A program made the position numbers and the translations under genes. Source: Candidatus Hydrogenedentota bacterium (GTDB lineage Bacteria > Hydrogenedentota > Hydrogenedentia > Hydrogenedentales > SLHB01). From it: a stretch of 64,000 bases of DNA. Numbering within the stretch: position 1 is the stretch's first letter; each line of letters opens with the position of its first letter. The DNA lies in assembly GCA_045863335.1 (NCBI GenBank), contig BTVY01000016.1, positions 41,683 to 105,682 on the forward strand, given 5' to 3'. Below the pieces are notes generated by a model, which was not told where the DNA came from, did no database searches, and worked only from the letters and a program-made list of their open reading frames with translations. Positions 48,577-58,929 of the stretch are shown here, one piece after another.

Positions 48577-51500
48577 CGTATCTCGCCTCGCTCGCGGTGT
48601 GCGCGTTGCAGATTCGCGAGCGCGTTTAGATAAGCCGTGTTGTGGGGCAACCAGACTTCGTTGGGCTCAAAGTCGGGTATGTCCAGACCGCGCATGTCGA
48701 AGTGTGGGCGGTCGTCGCCGGGCGCGCGCCAGGTGATGCCGTTCACCACGCTACCCGGCACCGCGCCGCGGGGCACGCCCGCCATGGTATAGCGATGGTG
48801 GTATGTCGGCGGATGGCGGCTGCCGACGCCTTCCATGAGACACAGGTCGTAGGGGTTGTTGCCAAGTATCCAGTTGAGCTGATCGTACACAAAGGCGAGA
48901 TAGCGCGGGTCGCCCGTATAGCGGAATGCAATCGCAACGGTGCTCGCCGCTTCGAGCACATGACTGCTGTTCCCCACATGCCAACCGCCGGTTTCGGGCG
49001 GCGTACCGAAAAAGGTCGGGTTGTCGGGAGCCCCATACATGTACACGCCAAAGGGGTTGTTCGCAAGCGCGAGAATCGCGTCCGCGCGCGCCACGTATGC
49101 ATCGCGTACCTGAGCAGAATGGTCTTCGTTGAAGATCTCATCGTATCGCTCGACGATCGCGGCGTCACCATATCCAACCTCCGGCAACAGCGCGCGCGCC
49201 GCGTCCGCGTAGGCGGCCTCGCCGGTCAACGTGTAGAGATCGAGCGCGGCACTCAACTGGCGGGCATCGCGGGAGCCGCGTTCCGCGCGCCACGCGAAGG
49301 CCTGTTTAGCCGCCTCGACGTAGGCGTCGTTCGGTTCGACGAATCGGGCAATCTTCGCGGCGGCGGCCAGATGGTTGGCGGGATCGTTTCCCGACTCCGC
49401 GCCGCGGATGCGTCGCTCGTCTCCCGTGTTGGGTATGTTGTCGGTCTCCAGTTCCGGCGGACCCCAAAAGCCGTAGCCGGAGGAGATGTCGCCGCGCGAC
49501 GAACCGTCCGGCGCAATCATGCGGCGCATGAGATCCGCGCCCCACGAGATCTCATCGAGAAAATCGCTCTGTCCGTTGCCGTCGCGATCGATGGCATTGA
49601 ATGCGTCGGTGCGCGCTTCGTATGCGCGTAAGAGACCATATACGTATGGCGCGTTGTTGTAGGTGTTGTAGTCGCCCGCATCGTGCCAGCCTCCGGACAA
49701 GCTGTACTGCCGCTCGCCGTCCGGACTAACCGCGTCGTCGAGATGGCAGGCGCCGTGGAAGCCCGGGACCTCCATGCCGCATCGCTGGTAGTAGAAGAAT
49801 TGATACGCAGGCTCCGCCGTCTTCGCCCAGATGCGATCCTCACTGATGGCGAACGGCCATGATTCACCGGATGCCTCGTCGATGGTAACCCGGACCCGAT
49901 ACGTTCCCGGTTCGTCGAAGGCGGAGAAGTCGCCGCGCCAGTATTCATTGCCCCAGTCGTTCCCGTAGGCGCCGGTAATACGGCCCTCGTGTATCAGTTC
50001 GCCTTCAAATGCGACGGTTCCGGATTCATTCACAAGCGCGAACGTCGCCGGCGACTCGCCCACGAAGTTGCTCCACGCGGTGAACCGCTTCGGCGCGCCG
50101 ATGTCGTACCCCACCTGATTCACGGCCGGTTTGATCAAGGGGCGTTCATCGTAGTGCGCCATAATGGTTGCGTCGTCCCAGCGAATCTCCGTGTCGCTCG
50201 CAGGCGTCGTGCAGACCAACTGGACCCACTCCGCGTTCTCCGGTGGTTGAATGTCGGCGCCTGCGAGAGCTTGCCACCCTTCCGGCCCGGCGGCGGATTG
50301 CAGCGCGTCGACCCGCAGCTCGCCCCGGTCGCCCATCCAGCGAAGACACGCCGAAACGGCTTCGGGATTGTTTCCCGTCACAAATACTCTCGCGTCCACA
50401 CGCACCAGACCGGCGTCAATCGGGATGGGCCTGGATGCGAAAACCGTATCCGTAGCGTCTGGCAGGACGATAGCGCAAGGCGAATTGTCGCGTCCGCCCG
50501 ACGCAGTCCAACGCAGCTTTGCGTTCAGTGATTCTTCACGCCAACCGACGGGCACGCGCACTTCAGTCGGCGGTTCGTTGTTACCGTCGTGTGACCTGGG
50601 TTCAGCGCGGCGGAAATCGCCGTTGTCGATGAGTTCGCGTGTGGTGGACACCAGCCGCGTCGTGGCCGTATCGCGATTCAACGTGGATCCCGTTTGAGCG
50701 ATGTTGGCACGGTTGGTTGGCCACGGTATCAGGACGGGATCGTACCGGCCGCCGAGGGTGAGGCACCGCAGCGTGCGGTCGCTTCCGCCGAAAAGAATAT
50801 CGGTCCTGCCGTCGCCGTCGATATCCGTAATCGTAGCGGGACGAATCAAGCGTAGCCCGGTTTGATACTTCCACTCAAGGCGGCCATGGGCGTCGACGCA
50901 GTAGAGATTGTGATCGCCGCTCGCGACGAGGATTTCGATCTCGCCGTCACCGTCCACGTCGCCCATGGAGGCGGCGCTATGCGTAGCCTTGTCCGTCGTG
51001 AAAACCCACCGCAGTGTGCCCGTGCGATCGATGCAGTGGACGTGCCCGAAATTGTCTGGAGCGATAATCTCCATGGAGCCGTCCCCATCGATATCGCCTA
51101 CCGCGAGTCCCCCTGCGGCGTAGGCATCGGGCGAGCCGAGAATCCCACGCTTCCAGAGCGATTTGCCGTTCAACGCGTCGAAGCAGTAGACAAAATCGCC
51201 GTTACCCGATAGCGCGAGAATAGCGGCGGGCCCGTCACTAACCAGTTGCGCGATAACCGGTGCCCCTTGAAACTGGTCGCCAACGGTCTGAATCCAGCGC
51301 ATCTCGCCGTTGTAGCCGATGCAGAAGGGTCCATACTGGTCGAGCGCGACGATTTCCGCGCGGCCGTCGCCGTCCAAATCCGCCGCAGCGATCGGACCGC
51401 TGATGTTCACGGGCCTCTCTTCGAAAGCGTCGCGCGTCCAGAGCGGGTTTCCGGCCGCGGTCAGCGCCACTATGGCGTTCTGCGTACCCGCGACAGCCTC

Positions 51501-51959
51501 ATCAATGCTGTCGCCGTCGAGGTCAGCCCATATGGCCGTACCCCATTCGATCGGCCCGACGCTACGCGTCCACAGCTCCTGACCGGTCGCCGCGTCAACG
51601 CAGCAGAGCTTCCCATCCGAGTTGCCAATCAGGAGTGTGCCTGCATCGTTGCGCGCGGTGAAGCTCAGCGAAGCGCCGGAGGTCAGTCGCCGGGTCCATC
51701 CCCCTGCGTATCGCCAGAGCAATTCCCCTTTCGTGTCGACGCACAGCACTTCGCGGACCTCGCTGTCGCTGATGATGGTCTCGAGGCCCGGACTGGGGTG
51801 AACATCCGCGACCAATGGCGAAGGATACAGGTTTGATTGGGCTTCGTAAGACCAGAGGAGTTCGGGCTCGGAAGCAGACGCACACCAAATCGATACGCCC
51901 GCGATCGCGGCAAGTACGGCCGCTCGTGAACAGAGCGGTCCCTTGCTTGACGTGTACAT
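48573..51959 (-). CDS. Secreted multidomain GH9 protein (FG-GAP/PQQ-like propeller, CBM-like, Ig-like, GH9)
   Basis: Signal peptide; repeated DxDGDG; VNQVGY; GGWHDAGDY; WILGNNP; NEVW catalytic Glu; start at MYTSS. Confidence 0.88.
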   Translation of the reverse strand: MYTSSKGPLCSRAAVLAAIAGVSIWCASASEPELLWSYEAQSNLYPSPLVADVHPSPGLETIISDSEVREVLCVDTKGELLWRYAGGWTRRLTSGASLSFTARNDAGTLLIGNSDGKLCCVDAATGQELWTRSVGPIEWGTAIWADLDGDSIDEAVAGTQNAIVALTAAGNPLWTRDAFEERPVNISGPIAAADLDGDGRAEIVALDQYGPFCIGYNGEMRWIQTVGDQFQGAPVIAQLVSDGPAAILALSGNGDFVYCFDALNGKSLWKRGILGSPDAYAAGGLAVGDIDGDGSMEIIAPDNFGHVHCIDRTGTLRWVFTTDKATHSAASMGDVDGDGEIEILVASGDHNLYCVDAHGRLEWKYQTGLRLIRPATITDIDGDGRTDILFGGSDRTLRCLTLGGRYDPVLIPWPTNRANIAQTGSTLNRDTATTRLVSTTRELIDNGDFRRAEPRSHDGNNEPPTEVRVPVGWREESLNAKLRWTASGGRDNSPCAIVLPDATDTVFASRPIPIDAGLVRVDARVFVTGNNPEAVSACLRWMGDRGELRVDALQSAAGPEGWQALAGADIQPPENAEWVQLVCTTPASDTEIRWDDATIMAHYDERPLIKPAVNQVGYDIGAPKRFTAWSNFVGESPATFALVNESGTVAFEGELIHEGRITGAYGNDWGNEYWRGDFSAFDEPGTYRVRVTIDEASGESWPFAISEDRIWAKTAEPAYQFFYYQRCGMEVPGFHGACHLDDAVSPDGERQYSLSGGWHDAGDYNTYNNAPYVYGLLRAYEARTDAFNAIDRDGNGQSDFLDEISWGADLMRRMIAPDGSSRGDISSGYGFWGPPELETDNIPNTGDERRIRGAESGNDPANHLAAAAKIARFVEPNDAYVEAAKQAFAWRAERGSRDARQLSAALDLYTLTGEAAYADAARALLPEVGYGDAAIVERYDEIFNEDHSAQVRDAYVARADAILALANNPFGVYMYGAPDNPTFFGTPPETGGWHVGNSSHVLEAASTVAIAFRYTGDPRYLAFVYDQLNWILGNNPYDLCLMEGVGSRHPPTYHHRYTMAGVPRGAVPGSVVNGITWRAPGDDRPHFDMRGLDIPDFEPNEVWLPHNTAYLNALANLQRAHRERGEIR

Positions 51960-51970
51960 GCAGAATCCCC

Positions 51971-54034
51971 CTATTCGACCACGGCGTAAAGCGTGCGCGA
52001 AGTCGTCTGCTTCAGTTTGTCTGTAACCGTCAATGTAATCGGGTAGCGTCCCGGTTCCGTATAGGCGCGCTCCACGAAGAATTCCTTGGATTGCTTGCCG
52101 TCGCCGAAGTCCCACTCCACCTTCTTGAGCGAGAAGGTGGGGTCATAGGGGACGGAAAGGCCTGCCACGAACGGCGACTCGATGGTCACGGGCAGCATCC
52201 CCGACGGAGACCGCAGGATGTCGAGCACACTGAAAGATACTGGTTCGCCCACTTTCGCGTGGATGTCGCGAACCACGGGCAACAGGCCCAATGGCCCCTG
52301 GCCGACAAGCACATCGGCCACGGCCCGCATGCTTTGATCGATCGCATCCGGACTGCTGTAACTCAACACAATCGCTTCAGCATCCACCAAATCCGGCAAG
52401 GTGCTTGGATAACCCACGAGAACCACCACGACCCGAACGCCCTTGCTGCGCAGCGCGGCAATCAGTTCGAGCTGCGTGCTCATCCGGATATCCGGCGTGA
52501 CGATCACGACGACCGTTTTGATGCCGCGAATGTGGGACGTGAGCCGCGCAATCTCAAAGTCGTAAATCTCGCCGCCGTACTTCGCGGAGCCGATTCGCTG
52601 GCGGGATACCGGCTTGATGTATTCCTCCAACGCGTCCGCAAGGGTCTCTACGCCCGCGACGCCCGTCACGCCCACGGGGACAGACTCGGCCTTGTTCAGG
52701 GGCAGCACGTTGCCGCGATTCTGGACGAGCGTGATGGAGCGGCGCTCGATTTCGTACGATTCGTCGGGATAGGCCTTCTTCTTCGCCAGCGCAGATGCAT
52801 CCTTCGTAGTCGGCAACTCCCGCTTCCGCAGTTCGTACTTGTCCTTCAGTGCGATAATCCGCGCAAGCGACGTGTCCACGGCATCCTGACTCATCTGGCC
52901 GTTGCCGATGGCAGTGACGACGTCGTCGACCGTCTTCATCACCCGGCGGCCGGCCTCATTCCAGTAGATCATGTCCGCGCCGGCCTGCAGGGCCATGATG
53001 GCGGCCTTGGTTGGGTCATGTTTGACGGCGATGTCGTTGGTATCCATGGGTCCCGCGATAATAACGCCTTGAAAGCCCAGTTGCTGACGCAAGATATCCC
53101 GCATGACGACGGACGACAGGCTCGCGGGTTCGTTTGCGGGATCGAGTGTTGGAACTAGCGTGTTCCCCACGTGGATTACTTCCACACCGGCTTCAATGGC
53201 TTTCTTGAAGGGCAAGAGATCGACGTCCGCGACCGTTGCCGACGGCGTAAGCAAAATGGCGGGCATTCGCGGCGCGCGGTTGGCGCCGCCTCCCGGGAAT
53301 CCCATGGGCACCGCGATGACCTTGTGTTCAGTCATGGCGGAAACGATGGCCGCAGCCGTGTCGCCAACGAAAGCCGGATCGGAACCGAGACATTCGATGC
53401 TGCCGGTCGCGTCGGGCAAGGTGGGAGCCAGGGACAGCGAAGGCCCCAGATGGAAGTTGAAGCCCATGAGCGCGAGATGGTCGGCGGTCAGCCCGGCCAG
53501 CCGTTTGGTGACGTCCGCATCGTTGGCCGCGGCAATCGCCAGCAACGAGGGAAGCGCGATGAAACTGTCGTCCAACTGCGCGTTGCCCCGTCGCGGCAGC
53601 GCGTACAGGTTCGTGCCAATGAAGAGCGGAATGCCGGTCGCCATCTCCATGGGCATCTGCCGGATCGCGGCGACGTAGCTGGCCGCGGTTGTGGGCCGCG
53701 ATACCGGCGGTAGGACGACGCCGCCCGGCGAGTACTTGGCAAGGAGTTCCTGATCGGAAGCGTCCGGCCGCGGCGTGCCGGTCAGGGTGACCAGCATCAG
53801 TTGCGACACCCGTTGGCGCAGGTTGAGAGATTGGACCAGTTTTCCAGGATCGTCAACTGGAGACTCGTCGGTATCGGGTTTCGTTTCGGGCGTGGATTCT
53901 GGCTCGGGTTTTGGTGGCGCGTCGACCACGTCGCGCGTGGACGCGCCGAAACCGGTCTGGTTCCGCTGCGCGAAGGCCGGCATTGCCAAGACGAGCAGTA
54001 CGGCCATTAAAGAGAGTATCTGCAAATTGCGCAT
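51971..54034 (-). CDS. GH3-fold (NagZ-like) protein with C-terminal PKD domain, catalytic residues degenerate
   Basis: GH3 N and C domain similarity (DLLPFKKAI, PASLS..LRQQLGFQGVII, ALQAGADM); PKD WDFGDG; start at MRNLQ. Confidence 0.82.
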   Translation of the reverse strand: MRNLQILSLMAVLLVLAMPAFAQRNQTGFGASTRDVVDAPPKPEPESTPETKPDTDESPVDDPGKLVQSLNLRQRVSQLMLVTLTGTPRPDASDQELLAKYSPGGVVLPPVSRPTTAASYVAAIRQMPMEMATGIPLFIGTNLYALPRRGNAQLDDSFIALPSLLAIAAANDADVTKRLAGLTADHLALMGFNFHLGPSLSLAPTLPDATGSIECLGSDPAFVGDTAAAIVSAMTEHKVIAVPMGFPGGGANRAPRMPAILLTPSATVADVDLLPFKKAIEAGVEVIHVGNTLVPTLDPANEPASLSSVVMRDILRQQLGFQGVIIAGPMDTNDIAVKHDPTKAAIMALQAGADMIYWNEAGRRVMKTVDDVVTAIGNGQMSQDAVDTSLARIIALKDKYELRKRELPTTKDASALAKKKAYPDESYEIERRSITLVQNRGNVLPLNKAESVPVGVTGVAGVETLADALEEYIKPVSRQRIGSAKYGGEIYDFEIARLTSHIRGIKTVVVIVTPDIRMSTQLELIAALRSKGVRVVVVLVGYPSTLPDLVDAEAIVLSYSSPDAIDQSMRAVADVLVGQGPLGLLPVVRDIHAKVGEPVSFSVLDILRSPSGMLPVTIESPFVAGLSVPYDPTFSLKKVEWDFGDGKQSKEFFVERAYTEPGRYPITLTVTDKLKQTTSRTLYAVVE

Positions 54035-54314
54035 GGGGGTTCCTCGCTGTATCGCGCAATTGTACCAATTGGCAGGCGAGGAGCAAACCGGGAGGCTACA
54101 ACCGGCTCTGCGTCTTGGATGCAAGTCTCGACGGGATCTCGTTCGTCCGGTAATGAATCGAATATCCACCCAAAAATCCCATTACATCCATAAACTGGCC
54201 ACAAAAGAACGCAGAGAACGCAAAAGGAACTCATTCTCTCTTCGAGGCTATCGAACTTAATTTGGCCGTGTTTTCAATTGTCGGGGTAAAACTCCCGCCG
54301 TCACCCTCGCGAAG

Positions 54315-56011
54315 GGGGATTTCCAAAAACTCATACACGCGGAGCGCATCTCGTCTTTGCCGTTGGTTTTTGTTTGGTTCGCGGCAGTTTTGGCCTTCCG
54401 GTGTCCCCGCTGGGCATCATCGGTTGGCTTTGCGGTAGCGAGTTGGCTCCTGGTTGTTGGTTCTATCGCGTTTCATGCTATGGCCGGCGGCGCCATGGGT
54501 TGCCAGATTCCAGTCAGCAGGCACAGGTTATGGGCAAGTTGATGCCATTTCAGTTCGGCTTGGACGGCTTGGAGTCCCCGGGTTCGGCATCGGGTCCAGC
54601 CGAGCAGTCCTTTGATGCGGGCGAATACTCCTTCAACGGTGGTCCAGCGAGCTATCTTCATTTGTCGGCCTTCGGGAGTCTCCAACCGTTGCGCCAACTC
54701 CGCCAGAAGTTCGGCCTCGACGGGACGGTTTACGCTGCGCCCGTGTTTGGTTTTGGGACAGCATTGCGATTTAAAGGGACACGCGTGGCAAACCGCTTTG
54801 GGCGCTTGGTACACCACCGAGGTCTTGTCGTTGTTCAGCTTGCGCCGCCGCAAGGTTTGCCCGGCCGGACAGCGCATCGTATCCGTGCCGGCATCGTATT
54901 CAAAGGCATCTGCAAGAAAGTCGTCACTGATGTCTTTGGGCTTGCGGTTCTTGGTCCGGTCTTCTGGAACAAAGCAGCGCACATGGGCCTCTTCCAGATC
55001 GGCCAATTGCTTGCGGTTGTGGTAGCCCGAGTCCGCCACCGCGGATTGAATCGGACCGGCGTCCTCACCTGCGGCTGCGTCCAAGGCTTCTTGGGCCTTG
55101 CTCAATTGCGGCGCCAACTGACCCTCGTCGTTGCCTTGTTGAATGATCTCCGCATGGACGAGCACACCCGTTTCCAGGTCCGACACAATCTGCACGTTGT
55201 AGGCTGGCGCAAAACCTCCGGTCTTCAATTTTCGGCGATCCGCCTCGGGCTCGCTGACCGTGATGGTATCTTCAGGCCCCGTGCGTCCCAAGGCATCCAT
55301 TTCCTGAATCGCCCGCTCCAACCGATTCAACTTTTGTTCCAGAGATTTGGCCTTTTTCTCCTCCACGGCGTCCGATTCCTCGAGCTTGTGCGCCACCACC
55401 TCCCTCAACCGATTCAGTTGCTTCTCCATTTGTTTGCGGCTGCGCACTGCCCGGCACGACGCCGCTGCTTGGACGATGGACCCATCGACCCCCATGGACT
55501 TGCCCGGCATCAGGCCGGCTCGGCTCACCCCTGCCAATACTTGAGCCGCCAAGTCGATCAACGCCTCCAAGTGAGCGGTACGAAACGCGCAAAGGGTACT
55601 CTTCTTCACGGGCGCATCGCCCAACAACCAACGAAACTCCAGATCCTTGGAGCATTGCAGCTCCAACTCCAACGACGGCATGCCCCCTCGCAGCAACGCC
55701 AGAATCCACACCGCTACCAGACACCGCGGCTCTATCGCTGGCCGTCCGGTTTCATCATTCTTGTACAAGACATCAAACGCCCCGAAGTCCAACTGCTCCA
55801 GCGCCGCCCAGAGCACTCTCGCCACCGAATTCTCAGGAAGCAAGTCGTCCAACGAACCATTCACAAAAAACGTCTGCGCTCGATTGTCGCTCAAAAAACG
55901 GGGCATCGCCGCCTCTCCTTATCAGTCCCTGTGCAATCGCCGCGCCTATGTAGCAAACAAATGCGCCCGTGTAAAGAAGAGAATCGTGGGTGGACCTTTT
56001 TGGAAATCCCC
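54315..56011 (-). mobile_element. IS1182-family insertion sequence
   Basis: 15-bp TIRs GGGGATTTCCAAAAA (54315-54329) and TTTTTGGAAATCCCC (55997-56011); GAAG direct repeats at 54311-54314 and 56012-56015. Confidence 0.92.
54473..55906 (-). CDS. IS1182-family DDE transposase
   Basis: GRPAIEP, FRWL, VDGS, ADSGY, Cys-rich insertion, R..TVEGVFARIK. Confidence 0.92.
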   Translation of the reverse strand: MPRFLSDNRAQTFFVNGSLDDLLPENSVARVLWAALEQLDFGAFDVLYKNDETGRPAIEPRCLVAVWILALLRGGMPSLELELQCSKDLEFRWLLGDAPVKKSTLCAFRTAHLEALIDLAAQVLAGVSRAGLMPGKSMGVDGSIVQAAASCRAVRSRKQMEKQLNRLREVVAHKLEESDAVEEKKAKSLEQKLNRLERAIQEMDALGRTGPEDTITVSEPEADRRKLKTGGFAPAYNVQIVSDLETGVLVHAEIIQQGNDEGQLAPQLSKAQEALDAAAGEDAGPIQSAVADSGYHNRKQLADLEEAHVRCFVPEDRTKNRKPKDISDDFLADAFEYDAGTDTMRCPAGQTLRRRKLNNDKTSVVYQAPKAVCHACPFKSQCCPKTKHGRSVNRPVEAELLAELAQRLETPEGRQMKIARWTTVEGVFARIKGLLGWTRCRTRGLQAVQAELKWHQLAHNLCLLTGIWQPMAPPAIA

Positions 56012-56087
56012 GAAGGCGGGGGTCCATCCTCCCAGTTCGCTATCATTTGCTCCCGAAGATGGATTCCCGCCTGCGCGGGAATGACGG
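56012..56087. repeat. REP doublet (right part); left part at 54298-54314, split by the IS
   Basis: GAAGGCGGGGGTCCAT ... ATGGATTCCCGCCTGCGCGGGAATGACGG. Confidence 0.8.
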
Positions 56088-56272
56088 ATAGCGTAATTTC
56101 GCAGGAGATTTTAGTGCGATTGCCCTGTTTCTCTCTTCTTTTGAGTTCTTTGCGTTCTTTTGTGGCCAATACATCTCTTCCACGATCTTCAGAGGTGGAA
56201 CGCCATGGCCGACGACATGGTTTTCGATGCCGGCACCGTCAGATTTGGTCCCATTTTCCAGACGCAGGCCGA

Positions 56273-58342
56273 CTACAGCCCCTCTTCGATTTGCCGGCGT
56301 TCCAACGCGAGAATCCGGTCCCGGTACTCAGCGGCCTTCTCGAATTCCATCTTGCCCGCCGCTTCTTTCATCTTCTTCTTCAGGTCTCGGATGGTCTTCG
56401 CAAGGTTGAAGGTGGGCACGTAGAGATCCTGTTCTTCCGCCGCCTTGGCGACGGTCACATAGTCGCGCTCGTGTATGCTGTTCAACACGTCGGCGATGGC
56501 CTTCTGAATCGAGCGCGGCGTGATCTTGTGCTTCTTGTTGTAGGCCAACTGCTTTTCGCGGCGGCGCTCCATCTCTTCCAGTGCGCGCTGCATCGATCCC
56601 GTAACCGTGTCCGCATACATGATGACCCGGCCGTTCACGTTGCGCGCCGCGCGGCCGCAGGTCTGCACGAGGCTGGTCTCGGATCGGAGGTACCCTTCCT
56701 TGTCCGCGTCGAGAATCGCGACGAGGGCGACTTCCGGAAGGTCCAGCCCTTCCCGGAGAAGGTTGATGCCGACCATGACGTCGTACTCGCCCGCGCGCAA
56801 GGCGCGCACGAGTTCGATGCGCTCCAGGGTCTCCACGTCGGAGTGCATGTAGCGCACACGGATGTTCAGATCGCGAAGGTACTCCGTGAGGTCTTCCGCC
56901 ATGCGCTTGGTCAGGGTCGTGACCAGCACGCGTTGATTCGTCGCGACGACCTTGCGGATCTCGTCTAGGAGATCGTCCACCTGCGACGACGCGGGACGCA
57001 CCTCGACTTCCGGGTCGATTAATCCTGTCGGACGCACGACCTGCTCCACAATGAGGCCTTCGCTGGCTTTCAACTCGTAGGGGCCCGGCGTCGCGCTGAC
57101 GTAAATGCGTTGGCCTGCCAGCTTCTCGAACTCCGCAAACTTGAGCGGCCGGTTATCCCGTGCGCAGGGCAGACGGAATCCGTACTCGACCAGCTTGTCC
57201 TTGCGCGACCGGTCGCCTTTGTACATGGCCTCCAGTTGCGGCACCGTGATGTGGCTTTCGTCCAGCACGATGATCCCGTCATCGGGGAAGTAGTTGATGA
57301 GCGTGTACGGCGGTTCGCCCGGCATGCGGCCGTCCAGGTGCCGCGAATAGTTCTCGATGCCGTTGCAATACCCGATTTCGCTGAGCATTTCGATGTCGAA
57401 CCGCGTGCGTTGCGAAAGACGTTGCGATTCGAGGATACGGTTCTCGTCTTCCAGGTCCTTCACGCGCTCTTCCAGCTCGAACTCGATGCCCTGGATCGCC
57501 GTGCGCAACACGTCCGCCGTGGTGGCGTAATGGGAACCGGGATAGATGGCCGTCCGGCGCAATTTCCGGTTCACCGTGCCGCGCAGGGGATCGATTTCGT
57601 AGAGTCCGTCGATCTCGTCGCCGAAGAGTTCGACGCGCACGGCGATCTCCGCTTCGTACGCCGGGAAGATATCGACGGTGTCGCCGCGCACGCGAAAGGT
57701 GCCGCGGTAGAAGTCCACGTCGTTCCGGCTGTATTGCATCGCGACGAGGCCCGCAATTAAATCCTCGCGATCGATCGTTTGTCCCGGCTCCAACTCCACG
57801 CGCAACGCGTTGTACGTTTCCGGCGATCCGATACCGTAAATGCAGGACACGCTGGCTACGATAATCACGTCGCGCCGCGTGAGCAGCGCCCGCGTGGCCG
57901 AGTGGCGCATCTTGTCAATCTCGTCGTTGATGGACGACTCTTTTTCGATGTACGTGTCCGTCGTCGGGACGTACGCCTCCGGCTGGTAATAGTCGTAATA
58001 GCTGACGAAATACTCGACCGCGTTCTCTGGGAAGAGCCCCTTGAACTCCGAGTACAACTGCGCCGCGAGAATCTTGTTCGGCGCGATAACCAGCGCCGGA
58101 CGGTTCACCTCAGCGACAACATTGGCCACCGTGAAAGTCTTGCCAGACCCCGTGACGCCCAGCAGCACCTGGTGCTTCAGCCCCTCACGCAGCCCCCGCG
58201 TTAACTCGCGGATAGCCTTCGGCTGATCGCCCTCCGGCTTGAACTCACTCGCAATCTGAAAGGGGATAGATTCGAGAGTACTTTTGTTGAGGTGATTGTT
58301 CACGATTCGATGGTACCGTTTGTGTGTTGGAAAGTTGCCCAT
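56273..58342 (-). CDS. uvrB: Excinuclease ABC subunit B (start uncertain, possibly GTG 58303)
   Basis: [33 protein letters not shown]-terminal UVR domain. Confidence 0.98.
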   Translation of the reverse strand: MGNFPTHKRYHRIVNNHLNKSTLESIPFQIASEFKPEGDQPKAIRELTRGLREGLKHQVLLGVTGSGKTFTVANVVAEVNRPALVIAPNKILAAQLYSEFKGLFPENAVEYFVSYYDYYQPEAYVPTTDTYIEKESSINDEIDKMRHSATRALLTRRDVIIVASVSCIYGIGSPETYNALRVELEPGQTIDREDLIAGLVAMQYSRNDVDFYRGTFRVRGDTVDIFPAYEAEIAVRVELFGDEIDGLYEIDPLRGTVNRKLRRTAIYPGSHYATTADVLRTAIQGIEFELEERVKDLEDENRILESQRLSQRTRFDIEMLSEIGYCNGIENYSRHLDGRMPGEPPYTLINYFPDDGIIVLDESHITVPQLEAMYKGDRSRKDKLVEYGFRLPCARDNRPLKFAEFEKLAGQRIYVSATPGPYELKASEGLIVEQVVRPTGLIDPEVEVRPASSQVDDLLDEIRKVVATNQRVLVTTLTKRMAEDLTEYLRDLNIRVRYMHSDVETLERIELVRALRAGEYDVMVGINLLREGLDLPEVALVAILDADKEGYLRSETSLVQTCGRAARNVNGRVIMYADTVTGSMQRALEEMERRREKQLAYNKKHKITPRSIQKAIADVLNSIHERDYVTVAKAAEEQDLYVPTFNLAKTIRDLKKKMKEAAGKMEFEKAAEYRDRILALERRQIEEGL

Positions 58343-58475
58343 ATCTTAACACGCTGCCTCGAATGGTCGCGCGTAGATAACGACGGGAGAAAATGCGGTC
58401 GAGGAGGTGTGTGCAGAGGATCATCGTCTGCCGCAGTATAACGCGCAAATTTCAGATTTCGCCGGCAAGCCAGAC

Positions 58476-58516
58476 TTGACGGCGCAGAGATTTTCTGGTA
58501 CTGTACATATGTACAG
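58476..58516 (+). promoter_or_regulatory. TA operon promoter with overlapping perfect palindrome
   Basis: TTGACG (58476-58481), 17 bp, TACTGT with extended TG; CTGTACATATGTACAG at 58501-58516. Confidence 0.75.
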
Positions 58517-58530
58517 GAAGGGGGCGTCAG

Positions 58531-58929
58531 ATGCAAATTGTCATTGACCCCTCCGCGATACTCGCGGTCCTCTTGCATGAGCCGGAGCGGGACTCCATCG
58601 TCGCTGCAACGGAAGGGGCGATTCTTGTTGCGCCCGCTTCCTTGCCGTGGGAGATTGGGAATGCGCTTGTCGCGGGCCTGCGCCGCAATCGCTTGCGTCT
58701 CAACGACGTAGAGATGGCTTGGGCGTCGTACGATCGAATACTGGTGCGTTTGGTCGAGATTGACATGGCTATTGCGCTACGGGTAGCGGCGGAGCATCAT
58801 CTTTACGCGTACGATGCCTACATCCTCGAGACTGCCAAGAGCCGACGATTGCCCTTGCTTACGTTGGACAACGCGCTCGCGGAAGCGGCAACAGACGCGG
58901 GTGTGTCGCTACTGGAGATCAAATCATGA
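58531..58929 (+). CDS. PIN-domain (VapC-like) toxin
   Basis: IVIDPSA, WEIGN, YAYDAY, LLTLD acidic active-site pattern. Confidence 0.92.
   Translation: MQIVIDPSAILAVLLHEPERDSIVAATEGAILVAPASLPWEIGNALVAGLRRNRLRLNDVEMAWASYDRILVRLVEIDMAIALRVAAEHHLYAYDAYILETAKSRRLPLLTLDNALAEAATDAGVSLLEIKS

Larger units (their letters stand above)
54196..56168. repeat. Outer 31-bp inverted repeat pair enclosing REP and IS
   Basis: tggccacaaaagaacgcagagaacgcaaaag (54196-54226) versus the reverse complement of 56138-56168, 2 mismatches. Confidence 0.8.
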
